A DNA stretch of 64,000 nucleotides from Camelus dromedarius (Eukaryota): assembly GCF_036321535.1 (NCBI RefSeq), contig NC_087437.1, positions 43,526,001 to 43,590,000 on the forward strand, written 5' to 3'. Position 1 is the stretch's first letter. The number at the start of each line of letters is the position of its first letter. Shown piece by piece: positions 26,801-39,477 of the stretch. The notes under the pieces were generated by a model. That model was not told the origin of the DNA. It saw nothing but the letters and a program-made list of their open reading frames with translations, and searched no databases. A program made the translations under genes and the position numbers.

Positions 26801-27854
26801 GAGGTCCTTTAATCAGAGAGTCTGGAGGTCAGGGAGATAACTTTTGAATCCCTGATCCAAGAAATTAAAGGTATAAAAAAGTCTTGGAACAGGTGATAAG
26901 GGAAAGGGTGGCAGGGTTAACTTAGAGAGTGGGCAGAGACAAAGGAAGCCTGGGCTGTTCTTACATCTCAGAGGACAGAATAAAAAAGACAAAAGTTTAT
27001 AGGGTTTAAATTATAATTTGCTAAGAAGTCTTAAGTTGTCATTTAACTTCTCTGATCTTCAAAGCCCTATCTGTTTAATGAAGATGTGGAACAGACTGGC
27101 ACGTGACTCTGGTCATCTCCAGCGCTATGGTTCTATGTGTCTATCTATTAGATGACAGCATCATAAACATTTATACTTAACACTTAATATTCTCAATATT
27201 CTACTGATGTTGTAGGGTCATGGAATGAAATGTTTTTATAGGAAATTCCATATATGCCATCTACCTCTGAAAAGTTTGCAAAAGAAATATTTCTTGGAAT
27301 ATTGAACATCTAAGCCATTCAGCACAAAGGGAAAGCTATTAACCCCTCCATTCCCAAACTTAGTAGCCTCTGGGGAACTTGTATAATCACTTTTATAAAT
27401 ATATGTAAGATAGATAGACAATATAAGAGCTTTGGAAAATAGAATTTTGGTCAAATGTAAGAGATTTTTATCATTATCACCCTCATCACCATTATCACCA
27501 ACACCACCATCATTAACAACAGCATCAACATTATTATTTTACATTTATGAACATTTTTGGCACTCATAGGCCAAAATAGTATTTGGAAACTTTATGCTCA
27601 CATAACAGAAAGCTGAATGTTGATTTTGGTCTTCAGTATTAACTTGGTGCATATGTAGAATTCAAATATTCTTAGATAATGGCAATTAAAATAGAAGGCA
27701 TATGAGCCACATTTCAGTTAAATTTCATTTCAGTCCTGAATGACTTTCACTTAAAATATTTTCTCATTTCTTAGAAGAAGTAGCAGAATGATGTATGTAA
27801 AATGATTTCTATTCCATAGAGAGGGAAAGTGCAAACTGATAAGCTGATATTGAC

Positions 27855-28020
27855 AGCCTTATAATTTAATAATACCCAGTGTCCAAAGCACTTTTACATC
27901 CATTATTTTATTTGATGTTTGTAACAATCATGAAAATAGGCTTGGAAGATATTATTTCATCCATTTTATGAACAAAGTAAGAATAAAAAAGGTTAAGTCA
28001 CTTCTTCAAGGGCATAGATA
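27855..28020 (-). mobile_element. MIR SINE
   Basis: caaagcacttttacatccattattttatttgat..catccattttatgaa..ggttaagtcacttcttcaagg. Confidence 0.65.
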
Positions 28021-28723
28021 ATTTTGAATTTCAGTGATCATTTATTTTTTACCTTTATATCCTAGTTTGTTTTGTTGTCATTCCCTTTAATTGTATTACC
28101 GTCTGAAATAGGCATTTATCAAAAAAGCTGGTTCGTGTGAAAGAATGGAAGATTTCAAATAACAGATCGATATTTCTCAAGTTTTGTATATAAAGGAAAC
28201 CACTGGGATCAATGAGTCAGCCTGCTTATGGCTGGTGAGGAATGGGCCATGAGGGTTGCAAGAGGTCAATGCCTAATACACCTGCTACCTCTGCGACATC
28301 CTGTGGTGCTGCTGCCCACCAGCAGGAAAGCTCTGAAACCCATAAAAAGATATGGTTGATTTCACCAAAAATTAGAAGGAAACTCTACTACTCTCATTTT
28401 CATAGATTTTTTTTTTGTATTACCCATTACAAATGTCCTTTATTTAACATATAATCTTACCAGATACTCAAGTCCCATACTCTGTTTCGGGATCTGAATC
28501 TAATCTGTCTTCATAGAGAACAAAGAAATCGTATAGGTAGGGAATAAATTTGTTTCAAAAGGAAGGGTTTTTTCCTGCTAATTAGGGTGATGTCATTAAT
28601 ACTTATTTTTTGTTGATTTTTCATCAACTTTTAAAATTGCTACTTTTTCTTTTTTAAAATTTATTTTTAATGTAAAAATTCATAACATTTGAGCCATTAC
28701 CCTTTAGCACTGCTCAGTGTGTT

Positions 28724-28747
28724 TTGTTGTTGTTGTTGTTGTTGTTT
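28724..28747. repeat. (GTT)n microsatellite
   Basis: ttgttgttgttgttgttgttgttt. Confidence 0.9.
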
Positions 28748-29254
28748 GCTCAAGAGGAGGGAATAGCAAGCGTTTTCTCCAAATTCCTCTCATGACCCTA
28801 ATAATTTTCTTAGTGGTTTACTTATTTGTATGCATTTAACTCCATGCCTGCATCAAGTTTAGAGCCCTCAGAGAGCTTACTATGTCTTGCATCCTAACTC
28901 CGAGACCAAAGCCATCCTTTTTCTGAACACTTAATTGGGCACTGACTGTGAACCCTACCGTATGCAGACTCAGAACTAAACAGATAAATAAATATGTATT
29001 TGGCAGTACGTAATTTAGTGATAAGAGCTAATGTTATACAGTTTCATTCAACACATTGTGACAAATGCTGAGGTTCACATTTTTGAAAGTACCACTTACT
29101 CATTTATAGTGGAGAAAGAGCGAAATCAGAAAACACTTCGTGAAAGAGTAAAATCCTGAGGTCATTCTTGAAGGATTCTGGGCTGCTCAGTAAAAACATG
29201 GGGGTGAGATAAGTTGTCGAAAGAACGACGTTCCTAGCATTTGCCCGCCAACGT

Positions 29255-29385
29255 GATCTTGAACCCAAATCTAACTTCAATGTACATACTGCTCCATGGA
29301 CCATACTCTGCTGGCTTTGATTTTTAATTTGCAAATAGGAAAAACCAACAATCATAATAAATTTGAAAGGAGACAGTCCACAATC
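29255..29385 (-). repeat. Right arm of ~130-bp inverted duplication (partner 26325-26453)
   Basis: Reverse complement reads gattgtggactgtctcctttcaaatttattatgattgttggtttttcc..gaagttagatttgggttcaagatc, matching 26325-26453. Confidence 0.95.
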
Positions 29386-30114
29386 TGTAATCTTTTAAAA
29401 AGGCAGTAATAATTGATACTCCATTTGTAGGTAAGGCAGAGGAAATAGGAAAAAAGCTACCAGAATATCTTATTTGTTCATGCTTAGAATATGTCTGATT
29501 CAATTCAAATAAAATTAATACAGAAGTAACACAGGTTTGTTACTGAAATCTCAATACTAAGGCTATTAGAGTAAAAACTGAGTATCTTTCTTCACTCACA
29601 GCACATCACCCCACAATTCAGCTTCTCAGAAGTAAGCCACCATTGTGCATTTTGTATGTGTGTTTCCAGATCCATTTCTCTGTTTCTAAATGTGCACGTT
29701 TCTTACCATTATAAATGCAGTCATCATATAATGCACTTTCTTCACTTTGTTTCTTTTTCATTTAATAATATGCCATAGACTTGGGTTTACTGTAACATAT
29801 TTTTCAATCCCCCTTGTCTTAAAATTTTGTGCAAATTAAAGTAGACAATGTTCTAATTTCACGTGGAACTATGAAATCTTTGCCATGTATCTAACTTTTC
29901 TTTGGACTTGTATTAGCCCATACCATACACTCTAGCTAGGTGCTCTAAAACTGCTTCAACACACGGGTTCCTTCCTGGAAGACCAAAGGTTTACTATATG
30001 ACTTACTTAGAAGCCAAAACCTCAGCGGGTAGCAAGTTTTTTTTTTTTGACTGAGCAAGTGCTCTGGGAGTATTTGCCAAAGAGTTACCACACTAGCATT
30101 CATTTATCTAGATC

Positions 30115-30390
30115 AGAACTTCCCAGACTGTGTTCTGTGGAATCCTAGTCTATCTCAGATGGGTGTTCAACCAAAAGGAATTGCTTTGTCATGTAATATA
30201 GTATTGTAGTAGTTTCCCTTGGATATTCACAATGTACCAACTTAAATTAAAGGTCAGAAAGTGCCTATAGTAAACAAACTTAACTATCTTTGTTTAATAT
30301 AGGATTCCTTAATATGACGGCTAAACACTTTTTGAAGTAGTAACTGTATCTCACGGAATACTGGTGTTCACAATTTGCAAAGCTCTGGTC
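30115..30390. mobile_element. Old hAT-Charlie-like DNA transposon remnant
   Basis: Termini cagaacttcccagactgtgttctgtggaa ... cacggaatactggtgttc..tttgcaaagctctg. A similar end motif occurs at ~49700-49806. Confidence 0.55.
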
Positions 30391-33243
30391 CAGATGCCTA
30401 GGTAGTCCACAAGAAGTCCATTAACATTAAAAGTAACAAACATTAACAGACTAAATTCCAAATATCATAAAGTAATAGAGGTAGAATTATTAGAAATAGG
30501 TGTGAGGTTGTTGATAGATTAAGTGAGATGATCATGTGAAATATCAGGGCGTCAAGCACAGAGCACGTGGTCACAAAATGCGAAGTCTTATCGTAAGTAA
30601 TTAGTTCCACCTATCTAGTTGTCATATTGATTCATTTACTAATTTAACTCTCTAGAAAATATTTGCCAGAGGTCTACTATGTCTTCCTAAGGAATTTAAA
30701 TTTTAGCCTGTGACACTGAGCAACAATTAGAGATTTTAAAGCAGGATATGACATGGGCACATTTGAGTTGTAGAAAAATTTCTCTTTCTCTGCATTGTGG
30801 AGGTTACGTTGACAGAGGCAAGTTAAACCCCCAAAAGGTAAAGTTTTAAACCTCAAAAATATAGTGTATTGGGCAAGTTATCACATCTTAAAAGTGCTAG
30901 AACAAAGACTAAAACTCAGATCTGAAAAATTCAGACTTGAGTCTGAATCCGAGCTTCACTCAACATGACTCTGCTGGCTGTGTTCCCAGCTCTTGGTCAA
31001 ATAAGGCCCAGCAGTCATTAGTTGACCTGCATATGTCTGAATCTGCAAGGGCCATGGGCCTTGTTATGTTAGCCATTCACTTCAGTAACCTAATAGCCTG
31101 CAGCTTTCAAATTCCCCTAACTCATGCACTAGGAAGTACCATACAGCCGTGGAAATTCAAGTTCGACTTGAATGATACCTTTAGAGTCAACTGGGTAGCC
31201 TTGCACGTGACCCACATTTGGTAAAACATCGAGGGTTCAGGCCAAGTGCATAGGCTCATTATTTCTGCTGCTCTGGAGCAGTGACTAGCGACAGCATTTG
31301 AAAGAACAAAAGCAGCGGGTTCTGAGAGCCACTTGACCTTTTCAACTCTACTTGACCTCCACTCTGTCCACAGGTCCTCAGCAGAATGAGTGTGCCTGAG
31401 AGCGCTGTCGTCTGCAGCAGCATTTTATCTGGAGATTCACTGACCGGACAGATTTTTCACCCAGTCAGGTGACCTGTGCTTTGTGTGAAAAGGCTGTGTG
31501 TGGAGCACAGGGCAACATCACCACGTTGGTCCACATTTGTATTCTAGGCAAGTTGGCAAGTGTATGCAATTAGCTAATGCAATCAGTGATGGGGACCTGA
31601 GCTTCGAGCAGCCCTAGAAAATAGTTCTAAGGTAGGCTCTCAGCACAGGAAGAGAATAAAGGAATAAAAAATAATAATAAAAAAATTTTTTAAAGCTTTG
31701 CTTCAAAGCTATGGGAGTCAAATTTAGTCTTGAAGAGATTTATTTCTCAATGTTCAAATCTCCAATCCTCACCACTGAATTTTCATCAAATATAAACAAT
31801 TCATTTTCACTTTTAAACTTCAGCACCTCCAGGATCTTACACCATGAGAACTATATGCGCCCAGGTATTAAAGCACCCATCATTTAAGGTACACGGAATT
31901 TTATGGGGATAAAATAATAAACTAGGATGAACCACCAGAACGTAGGTTTCTAATTTCTTTACTTTGTAGAGCTGAACCTTCATGAGCATATAAATACGAG
32001 AAACCAAACTCACTATTCATGCCCTTGTCACTTTCAAGCAGCCGTTTCTGCTTCTAATTTACACCCACACTCTCCTCCATCTATTCTCTTACTCTGTTTC
32101 ATATATGTGGGAAATTTCTCCCATCTTTCACAAGTAAAGAGTTTTCTTTCCCCTCTTCCAAATCCCTTTACCCCTGGACTGGCTCTTGATCATGCTGCCT
32201 TAGAATGTCCTGTGGAATAAGGAAATAGATGAAAAGAAAAATGAGGAAACATTTTTCCCAAGCCCAGTCACACGGCCCATTTTCAGTCTCCATAAAAACA
32301 TTGCAAGTTGTGCAATGCTGCCTGCATCTAAATTTTTTTTTTTCTCTCTTTCTGGAGGAAACCTTCTTGAGAGCAACATTTTTTAACTTAGAGTTTTAAC
32401 TCATTTCAAAAACTGGCTTTCTGCATGTTCCATAGGAGCTTGAGCATGAAGGAAAGGCTTAATAACCATAAGATAAAAACAGCAGGGTCATACAAAGGAA
32501 ATGTAACCTTGCTGCATTCTTTCTTGCTTTAACTGAAAAAAGGGTTGTGCCCTCTGTTAGCTGAAAATCCACCGGAATCCTTCCGTCTTTTATTATCTTC
32601 TACCTAGAAGGGGAGATTATCTTTTTCCCGCCTCTCTGATAACATTTTGAAAATAATCCTTGTTCTATAATAACCTCTTCAGGGAGAAGAAAAGAATGCA
32701 ATTTATGACATCCTCATGATTATCACGTGGCAAATTTGCCCTTCAGATTCAACAATGTCATTGTTCTTAAGCCAAAACCTGTAGCTAGATCTCCTAAAGC
32801 AAAGATTACTAGTTCTGGCTTCTCCCTCACATGGACGATCATTCCTAGCCTCCCTTAGTTTATGGTTTTTAGATAACAGAGAGAAGAGAGATTTCTTTCT
32901 CTCTCTCTTTTTTTAATAGCTACTATAACTACACTATTGTGATTTAATAGTCACAGAGGTGCAAAAAATTTTTGTTTCAGCAGTATATTATTTAAAAACA
33001 AAGAAAATAAATAGATAAACAAGTAACTAAGTGTCCCATTCTTAAATGGATACGGAGAAAGCTTTTTAAGACAGGAAGCATATATTCAAATATCCATTGG
33101 TATTTGAGCATAATTTGGAGCCACCAAGCATGGGGATGCCACATGCTACCAGTCATGCATTTAGGTAGTTGGCAAGTATAACCATAGATGTTTAATCTGA
33201 GCTAAATTCACCTAACATGACTCTCTCTGGTGTAGACTCCAAC

Positions 33244-33887
33244 TGTAAGGGAAGACTCTGTTTTTCTTCTCTTTTCTCCATACTTCTAATCCTGGATGTG
33301 TGGGGATTTTTTTATATCAAGCAATTCTTTATTTCTCAGCAGACAACAACTGAGTGTCCTACAAAGTTAACTCAATTCTGACACTGTCTACCTGCAGATA
33401 GCATCAAATCCCACGGATTAAGGGCTCCATCCTATAAGAGTGCCCCCACTGCCGGTGCCAGTCTCATTCAGGTTGTCTGACACTTTGGACCAACCAGCTA
33501 TAAACTGGAGTTCCCACGATCCCACTCTCGGGTTTGATAATGTACTAGAATGGCTCACAGAACTCAGGGGGGCATTTACTTACACGTGCTGGTTCATTGT
33601 AAGAGGACACTGCCTAGAAACAGCCAGATGGCAGGTACGCATGGGGCAGGGTGTGGGCAGGAAGGGTTAGGGCTTCCTTGCTATCTCTGGTGCACGCCCT
33701 TCTAGCACCTCCACATAGTCACCAACCCAGAAGTTCAACAAATTACTTGTTCAAGAGTTTTTCTAGAGTTCAGTCTCCAGCCTGCTCTGCCCGCCTCCCT
33801 TCCTGGAGGTGGTGGGTGGGGCTGAGAATTCTAGCCCTCTAGTCACTGGGTCTTTCTGGTGACCAGCCTCACCCCGAGACACACACA

Positions 33888-33921
<34 letters not shown>

Positions 33922-34068
33922 CCCACCCTGTCACCTCATAAGCATAACTCAGGTGTGCGCAGCAGGAGCTTCTTAAGAATAACACCCCTATCCCTAAGGA
34001 AATTCCAAAGGTTTCAGAGACTGTTCCGTGAACCAGGAACAAAGACCACCCATATTTATTACACCACA
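33244..34068. mobile_element. MER21-like solo LTR
   Basis: TG...CA termini with perfect CCAAC duplication (33239-33243 / 34069-34073). Internal caattctgacactgtctacctg..tcccacggattaagggctc..ctagaatggctcacagaactcagg resembles MER21 as recalled. Contains a (CA)(CT)n tract at ~33878-33919. Confidence 0.85.
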
Positions 34069-34785
34069 CCAACTCACCAGGATTCATAATTGGAGATTTC
34101 AAGGCAAAGAGAGAGAGTCACTCGCTGGCAGGTCTAAGGATGAAAACCAGTGGCAAAAGCAGAAAAAGTGATAGTCACCTGAGTAGGCAGAACTTTGGGA
34201 TTTGTCACTGGTGAATTACAGGAGAAAGAGAGCAGAGAGCCCCTGCAGCTGGTGAGGTGGTCAACGATTTCTGCCAGTGGGCAATCAGTGCTGAGTTTGT
34301 TGTCAAGGGGCTGTTCTGTTTTGCTTGCAACTTTGCCTTGAGGTCGGTTCTCAACTTAAAAAAAAATGTCTTCACAGCCTCCTCATTGTTGCAGTTCTTT
34401 GTTTGCCTTCTTGCCTCATAGAGTTGTAACTGTATTTTGTTCTTCCAAGGTGTAAGTTTGTTTTCTCTTCCTATGAAAATTTTCCTAGAATGGCTCTTCC
34501 ATCTATTCCATTGTCACTGAAGCTCTTGCCTCCATGCCTCCTGCTCAGGTGAATATCATAGCCAGATCCCATCTCACCCATTCTGCCCAGAGCGATTGTA
34601 TTAATCTTCCTGTGGAACTCTACTGGTCAGGGTTCAATCCCAGGACTCTGCAGTTATTTCTTAATGCCCCTGCACTAATCAACACTTCTGTTGGCTTTTA
34701 AAATCTATGAATATATACAGTATACTTCAACTGCCTTCTCCCACATATTTTGGCACATCTTAAGTCTTAACTCTTTTATGAAACA

Positions 34786-35683
34786 TCCTATAAACTGAAT
34801 TGTATTCACCTAAAATTTGTGTTGCGGACACATGTGATGGGCCAGTGATGTGAAATTCTCTGGTAAACAATTACCAGACACCAAGAAAAGTTTAGGAAAG
34901 TTTAATAGTTATGCTGCTATTGGCAACAGCAGGCCACACAGGTGAGAGGTACCTGTGTGAACGCCAGGAGCCGTGCAGGGTCCTTTATTGCCCAGGGTCG
35001 GGGGGTGGGGTCTGTGCACACAAGGATTATGGGCTGCATGATCAACTTGTGCACTGGTTCCTGATTGGTTGTAGGATCTGTCAGGGACTTCTCTGAATAA
35101 TAGGTTTTATGACTTTGATAAGGGCAGGATGTGAGACCTGTCACCTAGGGCATTGTGAGAGGGGCTGTCTCCTGGGGTGATGAGTTTTGTTAGGGTAAAC
35201 ACACATCAAGAGAAGATGTTTTCATCTGGCAGAAATGCAGGTATGCAGAGGGTCCTGCAGTGGGGAGTTGGGGTTAAGGTGTCATAGGTGCCGGGCACAC
35301 AGAGAGCTCAGGATTGGAGATTTTATGATTCCAGAGAGTGCCCACTGGTTCTGCAATTTGTATGCCAAGTCCTAACCCTCAGTGTGATTGTATCTGGAGA
35401 TAAATTCTTTAAAAGGTAATCAAGATTAAATAAGGTCATAAGAGTGGGCCCTCATCCAATAGGATCAGGACCTTGTAAGCAGAGGCAGAGAGAGCTCATT
35501 CTCTCTTTGTCCCACATGTGGGACAAAGCAAGAAGGTGGCTCTCTTCAAACCGGGAACCCAACTGACCAGCACTGTGATCTTGAACTTCCCAGTCTCCAC
35601 AACTGGGAAAAAAATAAATTTCTGTTGTTTAAACCTCCAAGTTTGTGGTATTAGTTATGGTAGTCTTAATAGACTAACATACA
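34786..35683 (+). mobile_element. MLT1 (MaLR) LTR split by a younger LTR
   Basis: actgaattgtattcacctaaaatttg | tatgccaagtcctaaccctcagtgtgattgtatctggagat..aaataaatttctgttgtttaaacc..agactaacataca. Confidence 0.85.
34820..35355. mobile_element. Solo LTR (5-bp TSD, ERVL-type) nested in MLT1
   Basis: TGTTGCGG...TTCTGCA flanked by a perfect ATTTG TSD (34815-34819 / 35356-35360). Removing it restores contiguous MLT1. Confidence 0.85.
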
Positions 35684-35880
35684 TTATAACTAGTATCATT
35701 GTTGTTGCTCTATTAATAGCTATCATTTGTTGAACATTAATCCACTAAAAATGTTTCTTGAACTCCTATTTTGTATAAGGCCCTGTACTGAGTAGGGGGG
35801 ATATGCTGTCCTATGAAGCAGTCTTCAGGGGGAGATCAAAATGAAATACACACATATATATGTAAAACGAATGCTCTAAG

Positions 35881-36481
35881 TGTTGGGAGAATAGGTTCTT
35901 CCTCGTGCAGGAAAGAATTCAAGAACAAGGCATGGTAAACTGAAAGCAAGTTTACTTAGAGAGATACATGCTCCATGAACAGAGTGCAGTCTGTCTGTCA
36001 GAAGGGAAAATGGCTTAGGAGATACACATTCCATAGGCAGAAATGTGAGCCATCTCAGAAAGGTGAGAGGGAGAGAAGCCGAGAGGTGTGGGATATTTAA
36101 AGTAAGAGTAGATACACACTCCACAGGTAGAGTGTGGGCCGTCTCAGAAGGTGAGAGCAACAGAGCAAGAGCTACCACGAGGTGCGGGGTTGTTAGGTTT
36201 TATGGGCTCAGTAATTTCACATGCTACTGGGTAGGAGGATGATTCCAACTACTTTGAGGAAGGGGCGAGGATTTCCAGGAAACGCTCCCCTCTACCCACT
36301 TTTTGACCTTTTACAGTCAGCCTAGAACTATCATGGCATGGCGCCTGTGGGTGCGCCATGAGGCTCAAGGTCTACCAGAAGTCAAATCTCCCACCATCTT
36401 GGTTCTAACTAATCTGTCCTGTCCTCAGTTGCTATGTCATTCCTTCAATGGTTGTGCCCTGTCCCCTGTCCTCCCACTTCA
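35881..36481 (-). mobile_element. Solo ERV1-type LTR (copy A) inserted in L2
   Basis: TGTTGGG...CTTCA with perfect TAAG TSD (35877-35880 / 36482-36485). Three internal copies of an agatacacactccataggcaga-type unit. Homologous to 46160-46769; strand inferred from the AATAAA position in copy B. Confidence 0.9.
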
Positions 36482-36485
36482 TAAG

Positions 36486-37310
36486 TGCTGGTAAGGAGAA
36501 ACAGAGTTCTTTGAAAGCATGAAGCAAAAGAACCAAGCTTAATCTGAAGGTTTCTGGAAGGTTTTCTGAAAAGTTAAAGCTAAAACTTGAAATCTGACAA
36601 AGAATTTACCAGGCAAAGAGATAGAAAGAACAATAGGAGCAGAAAGTCTGACTCAGGAAGGAACTTGGGGTATTAGAAGAACTCAGCAAAGGATAGTCTG
36701 GCTGAAGATTACTGAATGTGATGGAGAATGACCTGAGATGAAGCTGGAGAAACACTTACATGGCAGATTACAATGTGGTACTGTAGTCAGAGGCAAGATT
36801 CTTCTTTTTATTCTAAGAGCAATGGAAAACCATTCAAGTGCTTAAAGTAGAGTTATGATATGAGTAGATTTTCAATTGAGTTGGGGAGCTGCTGTGATAC
36901 AGGCAATTCAGTGTGGACATACTCCCATTGGAAGCTGGTCAAGTAGATAGTCCGTGGAGGTACTGGACAGACAGTGGTATAATCCAGTTTGAGACTCCAA
37001 AGAGAGATTGAAGTCTGAAACATCACCTTTGGAGTTGTCAGAACATACATGCATATGTCATGGTTGTACATGAGATTCTATAGAAAGAGTGCACAGTGAT
37101 AAAAGAAGCAATCTATGATCCAGCAGTGAGCCCTGAAAAAAATCAAGAAATCAAAAAGTATCCAAAGTGATAGGAGGAAAACTTTAAGACTAAAACCTCA
37201 CATCACAAGGAAGGAGGATGTTTCAAGAGAGTTGTCACTAGTCACCTTGTCAAAAACTACGGAGGTCACGTAACGTGAGGCAGAAAATACCATTGAATTA
37301 AATAACACAG
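36486..37310 (-). mobile_element. L2 remnant, continuing from ~35745-35876 across the LTR
   Basis: gaatttaccaggcaaagag..gagatgaagctggaga..ttattctaagagcaatggaaaaccatt..tttggagttgtcag..tgtcaaaaact. Confidence 0.75.
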
Positions 37311-37319
37311 AGGTTTTGC

Positions 37320-37520
37320 TTTGGGGCAGACACTTTGCAGTGTGTTTGACGTCTAGCTTTAATTCTCACAGTGCAGTAGCTATTATTGTTAAGGGGCAGA
37401 TGAAGAAACTGAGCATCAGAGTTCAAAGTCACAGGTTTAGAAAGGGTAGGGGCAAGTCTGGACTTCAAACAAAGGTTTGTGATGCTGGAGACATAGAGCC
37501 CTAAGCTTCTATTCTGCCAC
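37320..37520 (-). mobile_element. MIR SINE
   Basis: tttaattctcaca..cagatgaagaaactgagcatcagag..caaagtcaca..ggacttcaaac. Confidence 0.7.
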
Positions 37521-39369
37521 TTCAGCCCTTCCCTGAACTGGGTGTGTTGTTTTTATTGCTGTTGCTGCTTGTGTGTTTATTCTGGCATTAGAACTGAGGC
37601 CACAGAACTAGATTCTGTTTATTCTCATGTTGCTTTATGTGTATGTGGTAGCCTTGTCTCTCCCACTGGATTTATGAGTTCGCTAAGGGCAATCACCAGA
37701 GCATAGTGTAGGGGAAAGAAAATAGACTTTGCAGTCTGACAGACCTGGGTCATAGTTTAAAAATTATAATGTCCATGAAGTGTCTAGTGGAGTGACAGGT
37801 ACAGATGAGCCAAGTGTTGAACAGATGAGACTTTCATTATTCCCTTGAATCCCCTTCAGCCCAATGTGCTGTGCGGAGTGAGGTTAAATAAATATCAGAT
37901 TTAATTCTTAGGGCCTTGGAAGTGACAACAAATTCTTTATCAGTTAATTGTACCCATCATAATTGCTAATATAGTTTAGGAGCCAGTCTACTCCCGAGAA
38001 TGAAAATTTGCCTTACCCCGAGACTGAGAAGAGAATAGAAAATGAGATACTCTGCCTTTCCTTAAACCTGTGCAAGTGCCACATTGGAAAACTGGACCCC
38101 TGAAAAATCATGAACTCCTTGACAACAAGTTCTGTGATTTCTCTGAGCTGCCATTTCCATTGTGCCTAATCTAGCACCAGGCACATGGTATTTACACAGC
38201 ACTTACTAAAAGAAAATAAGCAAATTGGATGTTGGTGAAGAGGAGATTTCTCAGCCCCTAAAGACATTAAAGGTTTTTTCTTTTCTGAACTACAAAATGT
38301 CAGGTGCTAGCCTGGCCTTCTAACTTTCCAACTACTGCGCTAACCTCTGTTTGTAATATAGTTGTGTACAGTTTATACACGTGCATAATAAGGTGTATCT
38401 TAGCATCCTTTCCCCAAAAACGTCATGGGACTAATATGACTTCACAGGTTATTTTTGACATGAACAAGCTAAAAATGTGTCTGAGACTGAAGCCAAGGCT
38501 TAGCAAGTATTTTTCCCGTCATGACTCATCAACCTTAATATGCTGGAGTCCTGGATGACAAACCGTTATCTGAATGGTTCAGTCATGTCCAAGTATGCAG
38601 GAATTTATGTGGGTCCCAATGTAGATGTTTAAAAACTCCTCAATCCTCTATTCTCGCCCTTTCAAAGCTTTACAAGTGTAGTAACAACCACATGATCCAA
38701 CTATGTGCTCATTTTCCACTATTTAGGTATTATAAGAACATAATATTTTAAAACCACTTGGTTCTAGGTTAGCTTTCCGTTATTTTTGGAGGATTTGTTT
38801 ACCTGTGATAGCTAATTTTCTGGACAGAGTGACAATAGTACCTTCTGGATCATGTGTAGGGCTGTGAAATACTGCTATTCCCTCACTCAGCCCATGCTCC
38901 TGCCAAACTGGTCTCTTCAACATTTTCAAACGTGCCAGCTCCACTACCTGCCCCTGAGATGCACACACCTCCCATGCGTCCGACTGCGGCAATCCCCCTC
39001 CTTCCAAGGCTCAATTCCGGCTGCCCTCTCCAGGAATGTACATGTAGCAGACACTTGAGAGGCTTGAGTTGAATTTAATAACAGACAGCGATTTTCTTCC
39101 TAACTTAATCCCTGATGTACTATTAAGAATGAATAAATTGAGTCCATTAAATGTCTCTTTCTAGAACTTGAGTGAATATGTGCAAACTGCAAGTGTATGG
39201 CAGGCATCTCAGACACCAATGTTTACAGGGACCAGGCAGTTAAAATAAATGAATGCAGTGGACCTGACAGTCAGAATATAACGTAGGGCTGGCAGGGGCT
39301 GTGATAAAACTAAATAGCACATGCTTGTAAATAGAAATAGCCCCTGCCCTTTTTAGCTGATTTTTCCCT

Positions 39370-39477
39370 CCATACTTTGTCATTTTCTTAATGCCTAGAA
39401 ATGTGTCTGGCACAGAATAGAACCTCAATAAATATTTGTTGATTGAGCGAGTGACTGACTGACTGACTGAATGAATG
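39370..39477 (+). mobile_element. L2 3' terminus with (GACT)n/(GAAT)n tail
   Basis: tgcctagaaatgtgtctggcacagaatagaacctcaataaatatttgttgattgagcgagtgactgactgactgactgaatgaatg. Confidence 0.85.

Noticed and set aside
29161..29254. Inward extension of the inverted duplication
   Set aside because: Only patchy similarity to 26454-26520, equally explained by a degenerate L2 remnant, so it is not counted in the arm
35960..36150. Three spaced repeats resembling a CRISPR-like array
   Set aside because: Degenerate internal repeats of the LTR, present in both copies. Eukaryotic context with no cas genes.
36337..36360. Hairpin CATGGCGC..GCGCCATG with an apparent compensatory change in the second LTR copy (~46625-46648)
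   Set aside because: The paired changes are CG>CA and CG>TG, which is ordinary CpG decay and not evidence of selected RNA structure
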